IMG/VR virus record: IMGVR_UViG_3300037631_002997
Coordinates: 1 to 26,894 of that record
Strand: one strand, 5' to 3'
DNA: 26,894 nt
DNA from: a virus
Lineage: Duplodnaviria > Caudoviricetes
Positions 15,548 to 24,600 of this stretch are shown here, in pieces. Each line of letters begins with the position of its first letter. Positions within the stretch are counted from its first letter, which is position 1. The notes under the pieces are model-generated. The model did not search any database and was not told the origin of the DNA. It saw only the letters and a program-made list of their open reading frames with translations. The position numbers were made by a program, and so were the translations under genes.

Positions 15548-15900
15548 CTTTAATGGGATTGTACGACACTGTTCGGTCTTCTTTTGATTTAGGACCAGGT
15601 TACAACAGAAAAGACCTCCAAACAAAAGATTTGGAGTGTATGATGTATGATTATTGGATTGACCCTACAGGTAAACTGTATGAAGTTGATTACTCACATA
15701 CACAAGATTTCAATCAAGATTTTACTTCATATGTTGCCAATGGCAATCATGGTAAAGTCAAACCAATTTACTGGAATGGTGTAGTAGAAGTATTTCCTGC
15801 CAAATGGGATTGTTACTACGCACCATTTCCATCTTGCTTTTTAACCTTTACTCGTGGTATAATTACTGAGGTAACACATGAACGTGAAAGAACTGCCTGA
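15544..15900 (+). CDS. Hypothetical phage protein
   Basis: MGLYDTVRSS...QTKDLEC...YWIDPTGKLY pattern; translationally coupled on both sides. Confidence 0.8.
   Translation: MTLMGLYDTVRSSFDLGPGYNRKDLQTKDLECMMYDYWIDPTGKLYEVDYSHTQDFNQDFTSYVANGNHGKVKPIYWNGVVEVFPAKWDCYYAPFPSCFLTFTRGIITEVTHERERTA
15834..15863 (+). promoter_or_regulatory. Internal sigma70-type promoter
   Basis: TTGCTT (15834-15839), 18-nt spacer, TATAAT (15858-15863) with an extended TGn element. Confidence 0.6.
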
Positions 15901-16132
15901 TGGCAAACTCGAAATCGAATGGGACGAAAACGACCCGATTGAAAGCATCCTCAACAACTGGACGGAAGAAGACTTCAAAAACTTCTTCGACGAGTGCCTC
16001 CGTCAAGACTCAGCAGAATTTGAAAAAGAATCTGGAGAAACTGGCATCTCCGAAGCAACCCAAGAAGACATCGAAGACTTCTGGTACAACGAACTCATCC
16101 AAGAAGACGACATCACGAAAGAAAGTTATTGA
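15878..16132 (+). CDS. Highly acidic hypothetical protein
   Basis: GAGGT Shine-Dalgarno at 15868-15872; protein-like IEWDENDP...NNWTEEDF sequence. Confidence 0.7.
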   Translation: MNVKELPDGKLEIEWDENDPIESILNNWTEEDFKNFFDECLRQDSAEFEKESGETGISEATQEDIEDFWYNELIQEDDITKESY

Positions 16133-16313
16133 ACCCAAAAATAGTCGTAAGCAAGAACTATTTCCTCATAAGACATTTCCCTATCGTCTGGAAATAAAAA
16201 AACAAAAACGATTATGCTGGTTTGTTTGTCATGAACATGCCTTAAAAGAAATCACTAGATACAATCTACAACCCAAAGATTACGTTTATCAAGTTTATCC
16301 TAAGTACCTATGA
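15900..16313 (+). CDS. Basic K/S/T-rich protein with C-terminal FPYRLE...CWFxCxEH domain
   Basis: TGATG coupling to the upstream stop and ATGA coupling to the downstream gene. No alternative ATG/GTG/TTG was seen in frame before the C-terminal domain. Confidence 0.7.
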   Translation: MANSKSNGTKTTRLKASSTTGRKKTSKTSSTSASVKTQQNLKKNLEKLASPKQPKKTSKTSGTTNSSKKTTSRKKVIEPKNSRKQELFPHKTFPYRLEIKKQKRLCWFVCHEHALKEITRYNLQPKDYVYQVYPKYL

Positions 16314-16567
16314 GACCTGAAACCCGCGAATCAATGGAAAATCTTTGGTCAGCAAAATGGAACTTGCCAAAGGCAGCAAAAAATGCTAACCTTACTGAGA
16401 AGGAAATGAAAATCACATTCAATGAGTATTGTGCATTTCATCCTCCAATCTACAACCCCGATGGGAGTGTGGCGGAATCGGTAGACGCACCAGACTTAAA
16501 ATCTGTTGAGCAATATGCTCGTGAGAGTTCAAGTCTCTCTACTCCTATAGTCACGGATGGACTTTAA
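16310..16567 (+). CDS. Hypothetical protein (possible HTH-like); 3' end reads through tRNA-Leu
   Basis: KWNLPKAAKNANLTEKEMKITFNEYC; coupled start; no stop before the tRNA. Confidence 0.7.
   Translation: MRPETRESMENLWSAKWNLPKAAKNANLTEKEMKITFNEYCAFHPPIYNPDGSVAESVDAPDLKSVEQYARESSSLSTPIVTDGL
16463..16547 (+). tRNA. tRNA-Leu(TAA)
   Basis: Acceptor GGGAGTG/TACTCCT, anticodon CAGA-CTTAAAA-TCTG, long variable arm GAGCA-ATA-TGCTC, T-arm GAGAG-TTCAAGT-CTCTC. Confidence 0.92.
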
Positions 16568-16573
16568 CAGCAC

Positions 16574-16771
16574 ATGGGTAAATATGACTTTGGTGGTCTT
16601 GAAAGGCATCCTGCTAACATACTAAGGTTAATTAGTGAGTTAGAGGGATCCTATCAACTTTGTAAGTGGATGGGTTTTGAAGAGGATATGAAAATCCTCG
16701 ATGAAATGAAAAAACCCTACTATAAACTCTACTTCAAAACGAAGAAAGAGTATGATAAAATGCCTCCGTAG
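16574..16771 (+). CDS. Hypothetical cyanophage protein
   Basis: 65-aa ORF MGKYDFGGLERHPANILRLISELEGS...; its stop lies inside tRNA-Thr. Confidence 0.8.
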   Translation: MGKYDFGGLERHPANILRLISELEGSYQLCKWMGFEEDMKILDEMKKPYYKLYFKTKKEYDKMPP

Positions 16772-16833
16772 CTCAGTGGTAGAGCAGGGCTTTTGTAAAG
16801 CTCAGGTCGCAAGTTCAAATCTTGTCAGAGGCT
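16762..16833 (+). tRNA. tRNA-Thr(TGT)
   Basis: Acceptor GCCTCCG/CAGAGGC (one C-A mismatch), anticodon GGGCT-TTTGTAA-AGCTC, T-arm GCAAG-TTCAAAT-CTTGT. Confidence 0.92.
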
Positions 16834-16838
16834 CTCAA

Positions 16839-16910
16839 TCCTCCTTAGCTCAGCGGTAGAGCGGTTGACTGTTAATCAATTTGTCCCTGGTTCGATCCCA
16901 GGAGGGGGAG
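16839..16910 (+). tRNA. tRNA-Asn(GTT)
   Basis: Acceptor TCCTCCT/AGGGGGA, anticodon GTTGA-CTGTTAA-TCAAT, T-arm CCTGG-TTCGATC-CCAGG. Confidence 0.95.
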
Positions 16911-16912
16911 TT

Positions 16913-17536
16913 ATGAAAAAACTAGAAGTATTTCCAACACCATTACATTTCTTTAATATTGGTACTACCAAAGAATTTTTAGAATGTAAAAAAGCATTAG
17001 AAAATATTGCTGCTGAATGGGATTGCAAAGCAAGACCTAACGACCTTTCAGTGACTACAGACGATAATTTGCATATACAAGAACCTTTTATGGGTTTGTC
17101 TAAACTTATTCTGTCTAAATCCAAAGAAGTATTTGACGACCTTGGATTGGTGAGAGAATCTGAAAAGGTTGTTTGTATGTGGTCAAATATATCTCGTGCA
17201 GAAAATAAGCATCAAATGCATTTACATGCAAACTCTTACTATAGTGTTGTACTATATCTTAATTGTCCTCAACCATCGCCAGGAAATTTTGGAGTTAGAG
17301 ACCCTCGTCCTGGATTACTACCAACATTTTTTGAATATGAAAAAGAAAATGCATTTTCTAAAAGAACTATAGATATTTTACCAGAAGAAGGATTATTAAT
17401 TTTCTTCCCTTCTTGGTTAGAACATGGTGTGCAGAATGGAGATTTTCCTAGCAATGAACGAAGAATATCTCTTAGTTGTAACATCATGCCAGTTTCAAAT
17501 GTAACAGATTACACCCACCAGTATTATTATCAATGA
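16913..17536 (+). CDS. Putative 2OG-Fe(II) oxygenase (TIGR02466-like)
   Basis: Start moved to ATG 16913 (MKKLEVFPTP), just after tRNA-Asn. Motifs HLHANSYYSVVLYL, DPRP, FPSWLEHGV and RISLSCN. Confidence 0.88.
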   Translation: MKKLEVFPTPLHFFNIGTTKEFLECKKALENIAAEWDCKARPNDLSVTTDDNLHIQEPFMGLSKLILSKSKEVFDDLGLVRESEKVVCMWSNISRAENKHQMHLHANSYYSVVLYLNCPQPSPGNFGVRDPRPGLLPTFFEYEKENAFSKRTIDILPEEGLLIFFPSWLEHGVQNGDFPSNERRISLSCNIMPVSNVTDYTHQYYYQ

Positions 17537-18018
17537 AAGGCATCTATTTACAATACGATTTTTTGTCTTCAGCAGAATGCTTTGCTGTAATGTCTTTTTA
17601 TGAGGCAAATAAAGATAAAACATTTCTGCATGAATACAATCAATCATACCCTCTTCAATTGCATCATTTTCAGGGATTTAATGAATTTGATTATATTCAT
17701 TCACGAGTAGTTGATTATGCTGAAGTGCTATCTAAGACCAAGTTTGAAGTTCATAATTTTGAGATTGTGAAGTGGGGTCCTAAATCAAAAATGAAATCGC
17801 ATAAAGATTTTTCTGTTGATGAGTGGAGTGCTATTGTATATCTCAATGACAATTACTATGGCGGCAAAACAGAATTTACTGACCAAGAGTTAAAGATTAC
17901 ACCAAAACAAGGAACATTAGTTTTGTTTAATGGATATACTATGCCGCATAGCGTCTCAGAAATTTTGAATGGAAATAGATATACTATGGCGTACTGGTTA
18001 GAAAATGAATCTGTTTGA
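17533..18018 (+). CDS. 2OG-Fe(II) oxygenase, prolyl 4-hydroxylase-like
   Basis: HKD, SAIVYLNDNYYGGKTEF and PKQGTLVLF...HSV...GNRYT. Confidence 0.9.
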   Translation: MKGIYLQYDFLSSAECFAVMSFYEANKDKTFLHEYNQSYPLQLHHFQGFNEFDYIHSRVVDYAEVLSKTKFEVHNFEIVKWGPKSKMKSHKDFSVDEWSAIVYLNDNYYGGKTEFTDQELKITPKQGTLVLFNGYTMPHSVSEILNGNRYTMAYWLENESV

Positions 18019-18655
18019 GTTCGGGGAATGGAATCTGACTACCGAAGAGTTTATGGGTAGTAAGATTATTACTATTGAAAATTATTTTAAGTATCCAGAT
18101 TTAATTCGCAATCTTGCCCTAGAACCATTACCTGATTTGTGGAGAGCAAATTTAGAAGGTAGTATGAATGGTGTTCATTACATAGACAGACGGTCACTAT
18201 TAAAATTAACTGGTAAGTATGATGAGCAATTTTCTAAGCATTATGATTACCTAGGTCAATTTATTAATCAGAAGGCAGGATTGCATAGTATTGATAAATC
18301 TGTTATCAGTAATGTTACGAGATTTTTAAAAACTTCTTTTAATAATATCAACGATAACTATTGGTGGCCACATAGAGATAGAGGATATAATGCAATCGTA
18401 TCTCTGAATAATGAATTTTATGATGAATTCTCGGGTACGGTTTTATATCACCCTACAGGAGAACAACCCAAAGCACCAGAGAGTACAAATCCATGGGTAT
18501 CTAAAAGTGAATATACTATTGTAAAACATTTGAAAGCAAAATATAATAGGTGTGTAATGTTTGATGGAAAATTATTTCCTCATGCTATGCACATAGATAA
18601 TTATGATTTCTTTAGTGATTTTTATCGAGTAAATGTAGTCTTATTTTTTGAATAA
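18005..18655 (+). CDS. DUF6445-like / 2OG-Fe(II) oxygenase-like protein
   Basis: IENYFKYPD, WPHRD...YNAIVSLN...SGTVLY and KYNRCVMFDG...H...R. Confidence 0.7.
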   Translation: MNLFEFGEWNLTTEEFMGSKIITIENYFKYPDLIRNLALEPLPDLWRANLEGSMNGVHYIDRRSLLKLTGKYDEQFSKHYDYLGQFINQKAGLHSIDKSVISNVTRFLKTSFNNINDNYWWPHRDRGYNAIVSLNNEFYDEFSGTVLYHPTGEQPKAPESTNPWVSKSEYTIVKHLKAKYNRCVMFDGKLFPHAMHIDNYDFFSDFYRVNVVLFFE

Positions 18656-18795
18656 TGAAGGAAGAAAAAGAACAAACTATACCCGAACATCTATACGATG
18701 AATGGGAATCTTATCTTGCTGTTTGCGAATCTTTTGGTATAGAACCTAGCAAACGCAGATTCTTAAGATACAACGAATTGTTCCCGTATAAATAA
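18655..18795 (+). CDS. Small hypothetical protein (46 aa; missing from the ORF track)
   Basis: TAATG coupling; MKEEKEQTIPEHLYDEWESYLAVCESFGIEPSKRRFLRYNELFPYK* fills the gap. Confidence 0.65.
   Translation: MKEEKEQTIPEHLYDEWESYLAVCESFGIEPSKRRFLRYNELFPYK
18787..18794 (+). promoter_or_regulatory. T4 late promoter TATAAATA
   Basis: Perfect gp55 consensus ending 28 nt upstream of the structural gene block. Confidence 0.8.
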
Positions 18796-18822
18796 ACTTG
18801 TAGCAAATCGTGTGATTATTCC

Positions 18823-20145
18823 GTGGGAACTAGAAAAATTTCTCAGTTAGAAACTATTGATGATGCGAATCTATCTGGAGAAGCGATTCTTCCTGTAGTT
18901 GTATCGGACCCATTGATTCCTAACCGCAAGGTAAAGGTCAATCAACTTCATAAAGGAGTTGCACAAGGAGTAAAAAATGCACCTGGTTTGTGCTTTGACT
19001 TAGATCGTGATACGGGTTTGTATCAAACTCAGTATGATGAAATTGGTCTTGGTTTTGGTGATGGTGGTATTGAGTTTAGTAGAAGTGTAATTGATGTTAC
19101 TTCTACATTAACAATCAATGCAGTTGATGAGACAGCAACTAATTCCAACATTAGATTGTCTCCTAAGGGAACAGGTGTTGTTCAGGTTGCTGGTGGATTT
19201 CGTATTGCTGATGGTGATTTTGAATTAGAAGATGCTCAGGGTCCACGAGTAAAGTTTGAGGTTGGACTTGTAGGAAGTGGAACTTCCTTACGAACAATGA
19301 CATTCCCTTCTATATCTGCTGGTAGTGGAACTACGTTAGTTGGTGCAGATACTCAGCAAACATTAACGAATAAAACCCTACTCATTGATGAAGACAATTT
19401 AGTTATTGTTGATGGTTCGGAAGAAGCAAGTTTTCAAATTAATTGGGCAATATCATCAGGAATTAGAAGATCGTATTTTCTCCCTGATGCAGGAACAGTA
19501 ACAACTACTGCTGAACCAACTGCAACTGCTTCTACATTACTGGATACTAAATCTATTCAGACGATTCTCAACAAAACACTTGTTGACCCTAGGATTGCTA
19601 CTGACTCTGAGGCAGGTACTCCATATGTAATCATTAACACTGATTCATTAACTGACAATAGAACAATTACAGTTCCCGATTTAAGTTTAACTTTAGTTGG
19701 TCTTGATACTACTCAGTCGTTAACTAACAAAACGATTGAGAACCTAATTCTTAATGATAGTGGGGATGTTACAAAGAGAGCAACCTTCAGTACAGCGAAT
19801 CAAAACACTACTACTAATAGAGTATTTGAATTCCCTGAGACTGATGACCTAAATACAACTATTAGTGATAACAATACGTTAGTCACTACATTAGCAACAC
19901 AGAAGTTATCTGATAAAGAATTGGTACAACCAGGCATTTCTGATGCTGCTGATTCTTCTTTTAGTGTTACTATTCGTGCTGATAATATTACTGCAGATAG
20001 AGTTATTCGATTCCCTGATTCGGATGCTACACTTCTTTCTACAGAAAACGTTACTGCTGAAGACGTAAACTTCGGTGCTGGTATTGGTGGTCAAACCCTG
20101 ACTGGTAGAACCAGACAACAACAATTTTTCTACGCAGGATTCTAA
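18823..20145 (+). CDS. Virion structural / fibre-like protein with internal repeats
   Basis: GTG start; RKISQL N-terminus; APGLCFDLDRDTGLY; repeated Rxx(F/V/L)P...TL(V/L)...QxLxNK units. Confidence 0.75.
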   Translation: MGTRKISQLETIDDANLSGEAILPVVVSDPLIPNRKVKVNQLHKGVAQGVKNAPGLCFDLDRDTGLYQTQYDEIGLGFGDGGIEFSRSVIDVTSTLTINAVDETATNSNIRLSPKGTGVVQVAGGFRIADGDFELEDAQGPRVKFEVGLVGSGTSLRTMTFPSISAGSGTTLVGADTQQTLTNKTLLIDEDNLVIVDGSEEASFQINWAISSGIRRSYFLPDAGTVTTTAEPTATASTLLDTKSIQTILNKTLVDPRIATDSEAGTPYVIINTDSLTDNRTITVPDLSLTLVGLDTTQSLTNKTIENLILNDSGDVTKRATFSTANQNTTTNRVFEFPETDDLNTTISDNNTLVTTLATQKLSDKELVQPGISDAADSSFSVTIRADNITADRVIRFPDSDATLLSTENVTAEDVNFGAGIGGQTLTGRTRQQQFFYAGF

Positions 20146-20154
20146 TTTTTAACA

Positions 20155-21594
20155 ATGGCAAGACAAGGACTTCTAGCACAAGCTAAACCAGCGGCAACAA
20201 CTGATACATTGTTGTACTCTTCCTCAGTTACTGAGTCAACATCAGCATTACTTAAAATTGCTAATGATGGTACTGGGGCAGCATATCGTGTTGCACTTAG
20301 GGATTACGATCAAGCGTTAGTGCTTGACGCATCAACTTATAAATTACACAAAGGTGATGTAGTTACAAACTATCGTATTAATATTGATACTGCAATTGCT
20401 GCTTCAACATTCACTCCAGGACAGGCATTTACAACTGGTGATGGAGAAAAAAGTTTTAAGTTTGAATCTTTCTTCATCCCAACTCTAACAACAATTTTTG
20501 TTAAAGCATTTGCAATTCGTGACTTATCTCTAGAATCAATTACAGGCAATTTTGATTTGGGAGATACGGTTACAAAGGGTACTGGTGGTGATACGACTGT
20601 TGCAACAGTATTTGCATCATCTGGTGGATTTATTTCTGTTGGTCCTTCTACTATCAATGGTTCAGGAACCGAGTTTGCAGATGGTGATACTCTAACTAGT
20701 AGTTCTGGTGGTACGGGTACTGTTTCTGTTGGTGGTATTGGCACTGCTACTAGTAAGTATGTCTTCTCAGAGACTACTATTGGTGCTAACTACGATAGAC
20801 AAGTATCTGCTCTATTCTCTGATAGAACGTATCGTTTTGATGTTTCTGACAGCACAATGTCAGGTAGAGATTTCAAACTATCGATTACTGAAAATGGAGA
20901 ATTTGGTCCTGATGGGGACTTTACGGCAACCGCTGATAATGGTGTTGAGTATACAACAGGAAAAACTTCTAATGGTACTGCTGGTAGTGGTGGTGCATAC
21001 GTTCAGTACGATTTCTCTGCAAATTCCTCACTCCCTGTAGAAATCTTTTGGTATGATGGTGGAACTGGAACTGCTGGTAATTCTTCTTATGGTGGTGCTG
21101 ATGATACCTTCGCTACAACAAGTGATGTATCTTACGATGAATTCTACGCATATGATATTGTAGGTACTCTTGTAGATAATACGGACACTTTTGAAGCAGA
21201 TAGTATTACATATACTATTGAAAGTCAAACATCAGGGTCATATGGTATTATCAGAGATTATACAGGAACAGCATTAAAAATTATTCTTGGTGTTGGTTCT
21301 ACTGAATTTGCTGGCACTGACATCTTTAGAGACGTACCTAAAGTCGCTTCTATTAATAGATCTGATGTAACAGTAAGTTCAGTAACAACCGCAAAAGCAG
21401 CGATTGATACTAATACATACCTTGCAGTTGATACAGCGTTGTCTGCTAATACAGTAGATAATATTACATCATTAGTCATTGGTCCTGGTCAAAGAGTTCA
21501 TGTTTACTCAGCAACTCAAAATAATGTATTCTCCTTAATTGGTTTTGAGGATGGAAGTAGTGAGTTTACAACTCGCGTCCACGGCATCTACTAA
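20155..21594 (+). CDS. Virion structural protein
   Basis: T/G/S-rich beta protein with TYRFDVSDS...G..GAYVQ module; lies in the late block. Confidence 0.7.
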   Translation: MARQGLLAQAKPAATTDTLLYSSSVTESTSALLKIANDGTGAAYRVALRDYDQALVLDASTYKLHKGDVVTNYRINIDTAIAASTFTPGQAFTTGDGEKSFKFESFFIPTLTTIFVKAFAIRDLSLESITGNFDLGDTVTKGTGGDTTVATVFASSGGFISVGPSTINGSGTEFADGDTLTSSSGGTGTVSVGGIGTATSKYVFSETTIGANYDRQVSALFSDRTYRFDVSDSTMSGRDFKLSITENGEFGPDGDFTATADNGVEYTTGKTSNGTAGSGGAYVQYDFSANSSLPVEIFWYDGGTGTAGNSSYGGADDTFATTSDVSYDEFYAYDIVGTLVDNTDTFEADSITYTIESQTSGSYGIIRDYTGTALKIILGVGSTEFAGTDIFRDVPKVASINRSDVTVSSVTTAKAAIDTNTYLAVDTALSANTVDNITSLVIGPGQRVHVYSATQNNVFSLIGFEDGSSEFTTRVHGIY

Positions 21595-21597
21595 ATA
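21591..21597 (+). promoter_or_regulatory. Late promoter CTAAATA
   Basis: Contains the upstream TAA and ends 28 nt before the next ATG. Confidence 0.65.
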
Positions 21598-21625
21598 ACT
21601 GTATAAGAAAGACCTCTAAGCAGAA

Positions 21626-24600
21626 ATGGCTCTTACTAGACTTAAGAATATTATTACGTCCAGAACTGGACGTATTATCTACGTTAACCCTGATGATTTC
21701 GATGCATCCGATGCTATCGATAATAGGGGAAACTCGGCGTTACGACCCTTTAAGTCTATTCAAAGAGCGTTTCTTGAGGTAGCAAGATTCTCGTATCGAG
21801 TTGGTTTATCAAATGACGAATTTGATGCCTTCTCGATTATGCTGTATCCAGCAGAATATATCGTTGACAACAGACCTGGCGAAGTTTTATATACAAACGT
21901 TGCTCCCATTGATGAGAACTCAAACTTAGATTTGACTTCTCCAAACAATGTTTTATATAAGTTTAATTCGGTAGAAGGTGGTATTATCGTTCCTAGAGGT
22001 TGTTCCCTCGTTGGTACTGACCTTCGTCGTACAAAAATTATTCCTAAGTATGTTCCTTACCCTACAGTATTTGCTGCAAAGGGTATTAATACAGAATCAC
22101 AAGTTCCTCCTCGTACTGCTATCTTTAAGGTAACTGGTGGTACTTATTTCTGGCAATTCTCATTCTTCGATGGTGCTGAAGAGGGTGTATATTACAAACC
22201 TGATAGTGTAGAGACACTAGCACCTAAATTCTCACACCATAGACTTACTTGTTTTGAATTCGCTGATGGATTCAATTCCTTACAAACTTTAATCTCTGGT
22301 GATCCTACTAGAGGTTTAGAGCAAACAGTTCCTAATGCAGATTATTCTGCTGTTCCTAATATCTTAGAAAGAACTGACCTAGAAATTTACTATCAGAAAG
22401 TATCGAAAGCATTTGCTACTATTCCCGATACATCTGGCGACCCTGCTAATGACCAAATCCAGGCAAGAGTAGAAGAAAATAGAATCGTTGGTCCTATTTC
22501 TGATGAATACCGAGTCCTTCAAGTTACTCGTAATGGTAATACTGCTACGGCAGTTACTGTTGATGAGTTTGATAATCCCAGGGACCATGGTTTCTCTGTT
22601 GGTGTTAACATTAATATCTCAGGAGTTACTGGTTCATCTGGACCACAATCGTTAGTCGATGCAAGTTTGTATAATGGTTCCTTTACTGTAACTTCTGCAT
22701 CAGGTAATATCTTTACCTATCAGATGCTATCCGAACCTTCTGGTAATGCTGTTGGTAGTAATGTTACAGTTAAGACTGAAATTGATACTGTTGACTCTGC
22801 ATCTCCTTATGCGTTTAACCTATCACTGAGAAGTGTCTGGGGTATGAATGGAATGTTGGCGAATGGTGCTAAAGCAACTGGTTTCAAATCAATGGTTGTT
22901 GCACAGTTCACTGGGTTGAGTCTTCAGAAAGATGATAGAGCGTTTGTAAGATTTAACGAATCTACTGGTAATTATGATAATGCAGCAGCAGGTGATGGTG
23001 CTCACTTAGATGGTTTTGCTGAGTATCGTAAGGGTTGGGCACATAGACATATTGTCTGTACTAATGATTCTTTCATTCAGGCAGTTTCTGTGTTCGCTGT
23101 TGGATATGGCACACACTTTACTGCTGAAAGTGGTGCTGACATGTCGATTACGAACTCAAACTCTAACTTTGGATCGACAGCACTTCGTTCTGCTGGTTTC
23201 AAAGCAAAGGCATTCTCTAAAGATAAAGCAGGAGAAATTACACATATCATTCCTCCTAAAGCACTTAGTGTTATTTCTACAACTGCAACAGGTGCAAGTG
23301 GTGAAGTGAATATTACATTAGCAAACGATGGTTCTGTTAATGGTGTTATTGAGGGTATGAATGTTACTGGCACTAATGTTGGTGTCGGTGCAACAGTTGT
23401 TTCTGTTAATACTAACACTAGAATAGTTACACTATCTGTAGTTAACACTGATACTGTCAATGGTAATATTATTTTTGGAGAAGAGACTTCAGTCAACTGG
23501 GTGAATATTGATATTCAGAGAACAGTTACTATTAACCAAGCACTTGCTGCTGGTGGAGGAGTTGCTGGTTCAAGACTTTACCTCTATGGATATACTGCTC
23601 AAGGTTCACCACCAACAACCAGAGTACAAGGTTATAGTGTTGGTGCTCGTCAAGATGGTACTGGTGCTAGTGCAGTTGCAGATAAACTTAACGTTAAGTT
23701 AATCCCTTCTGTCGGTTCTGATGCTGAAATTAAAACCGCAGACATCTCTCCATATGGTCCTGATGTATCTGGTAAAGCAGCAGGAGAAACAGGATCTCCA
23801 ATCCAATTTGATGAAAATACATACACTATCGGTGGAGTATCTGCTGTTGGTGGATGGTATCTGTCTGTAAATTCAACTGGAAATTCAATTTATACAGTTC
23901 TCACTACAAATACACAAACATATGGTAATGTAAACTTTACACCAACAACATTCATTAAGAGAATTCCTGACTCTAGAGACCTTGCTGATAGAACTTACCG
24001 TGTTCGTATGGTTATTGACAAGGACAAGAGTAATCCTCTTCCTAGAGATCCCTTGAGTGGTTATGTAATGCAACCACTTAATAGTAATACATCTGCATTC
24101 AAATTGGATGGTACATTCTACATCTATGATATTGAAAAAGTACAAGAATTTGTTAGAGGCGTCGATGATGGAATATACTACCTCACCCTTTTATATGCAT
24201 CTGTTGCACCTTCAGCTGCTAATTTTAACGACAGAAAATTCAGTCAAAATGTCAACGAAGTCTACCCTTCGTTTGACAGAGACAACCCTCTTGCTGACCC
24301 TGATCGTGCTTATTCCATCGCTGACAACGAAACTATCGGTCTCGTAAATGCAACGGATAATGCAAGTCCAACTCCAAATAAAGATCCTAAGAGGTCTATT
24401 ACGAAAGAGGCAATTGTTAATCTTTTAACTGATACTGGTTGGGCAGATCCTTCTACTGAACCTGCATATAATTCAGTTAACAAAACACTTTCTAGTGTTC
24501 AACTTACTGCTCGTTTTGGTGATGAAGAAACTAGAAAGATTAACATCAGAGAAAATATTGCTGATAATTCAGTTGCACCTATTCCAATAGAACTTAGAAG

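Noticed and set aside
16549-16573. Small hairpin AGTC-ACGGATG-GACT after tRNA-Leu as a possible ncRNA remnant
   Set aside because: Only a 4-bp stem. An Rfam or covariance search would be needed to support it.
16865-16912. Track N-terminal extension (TTG start) of the first oxygenase
   Set aside because: It lies inside tRNA-Asn. ATG 16913 has an SD and gives the family-typical start.
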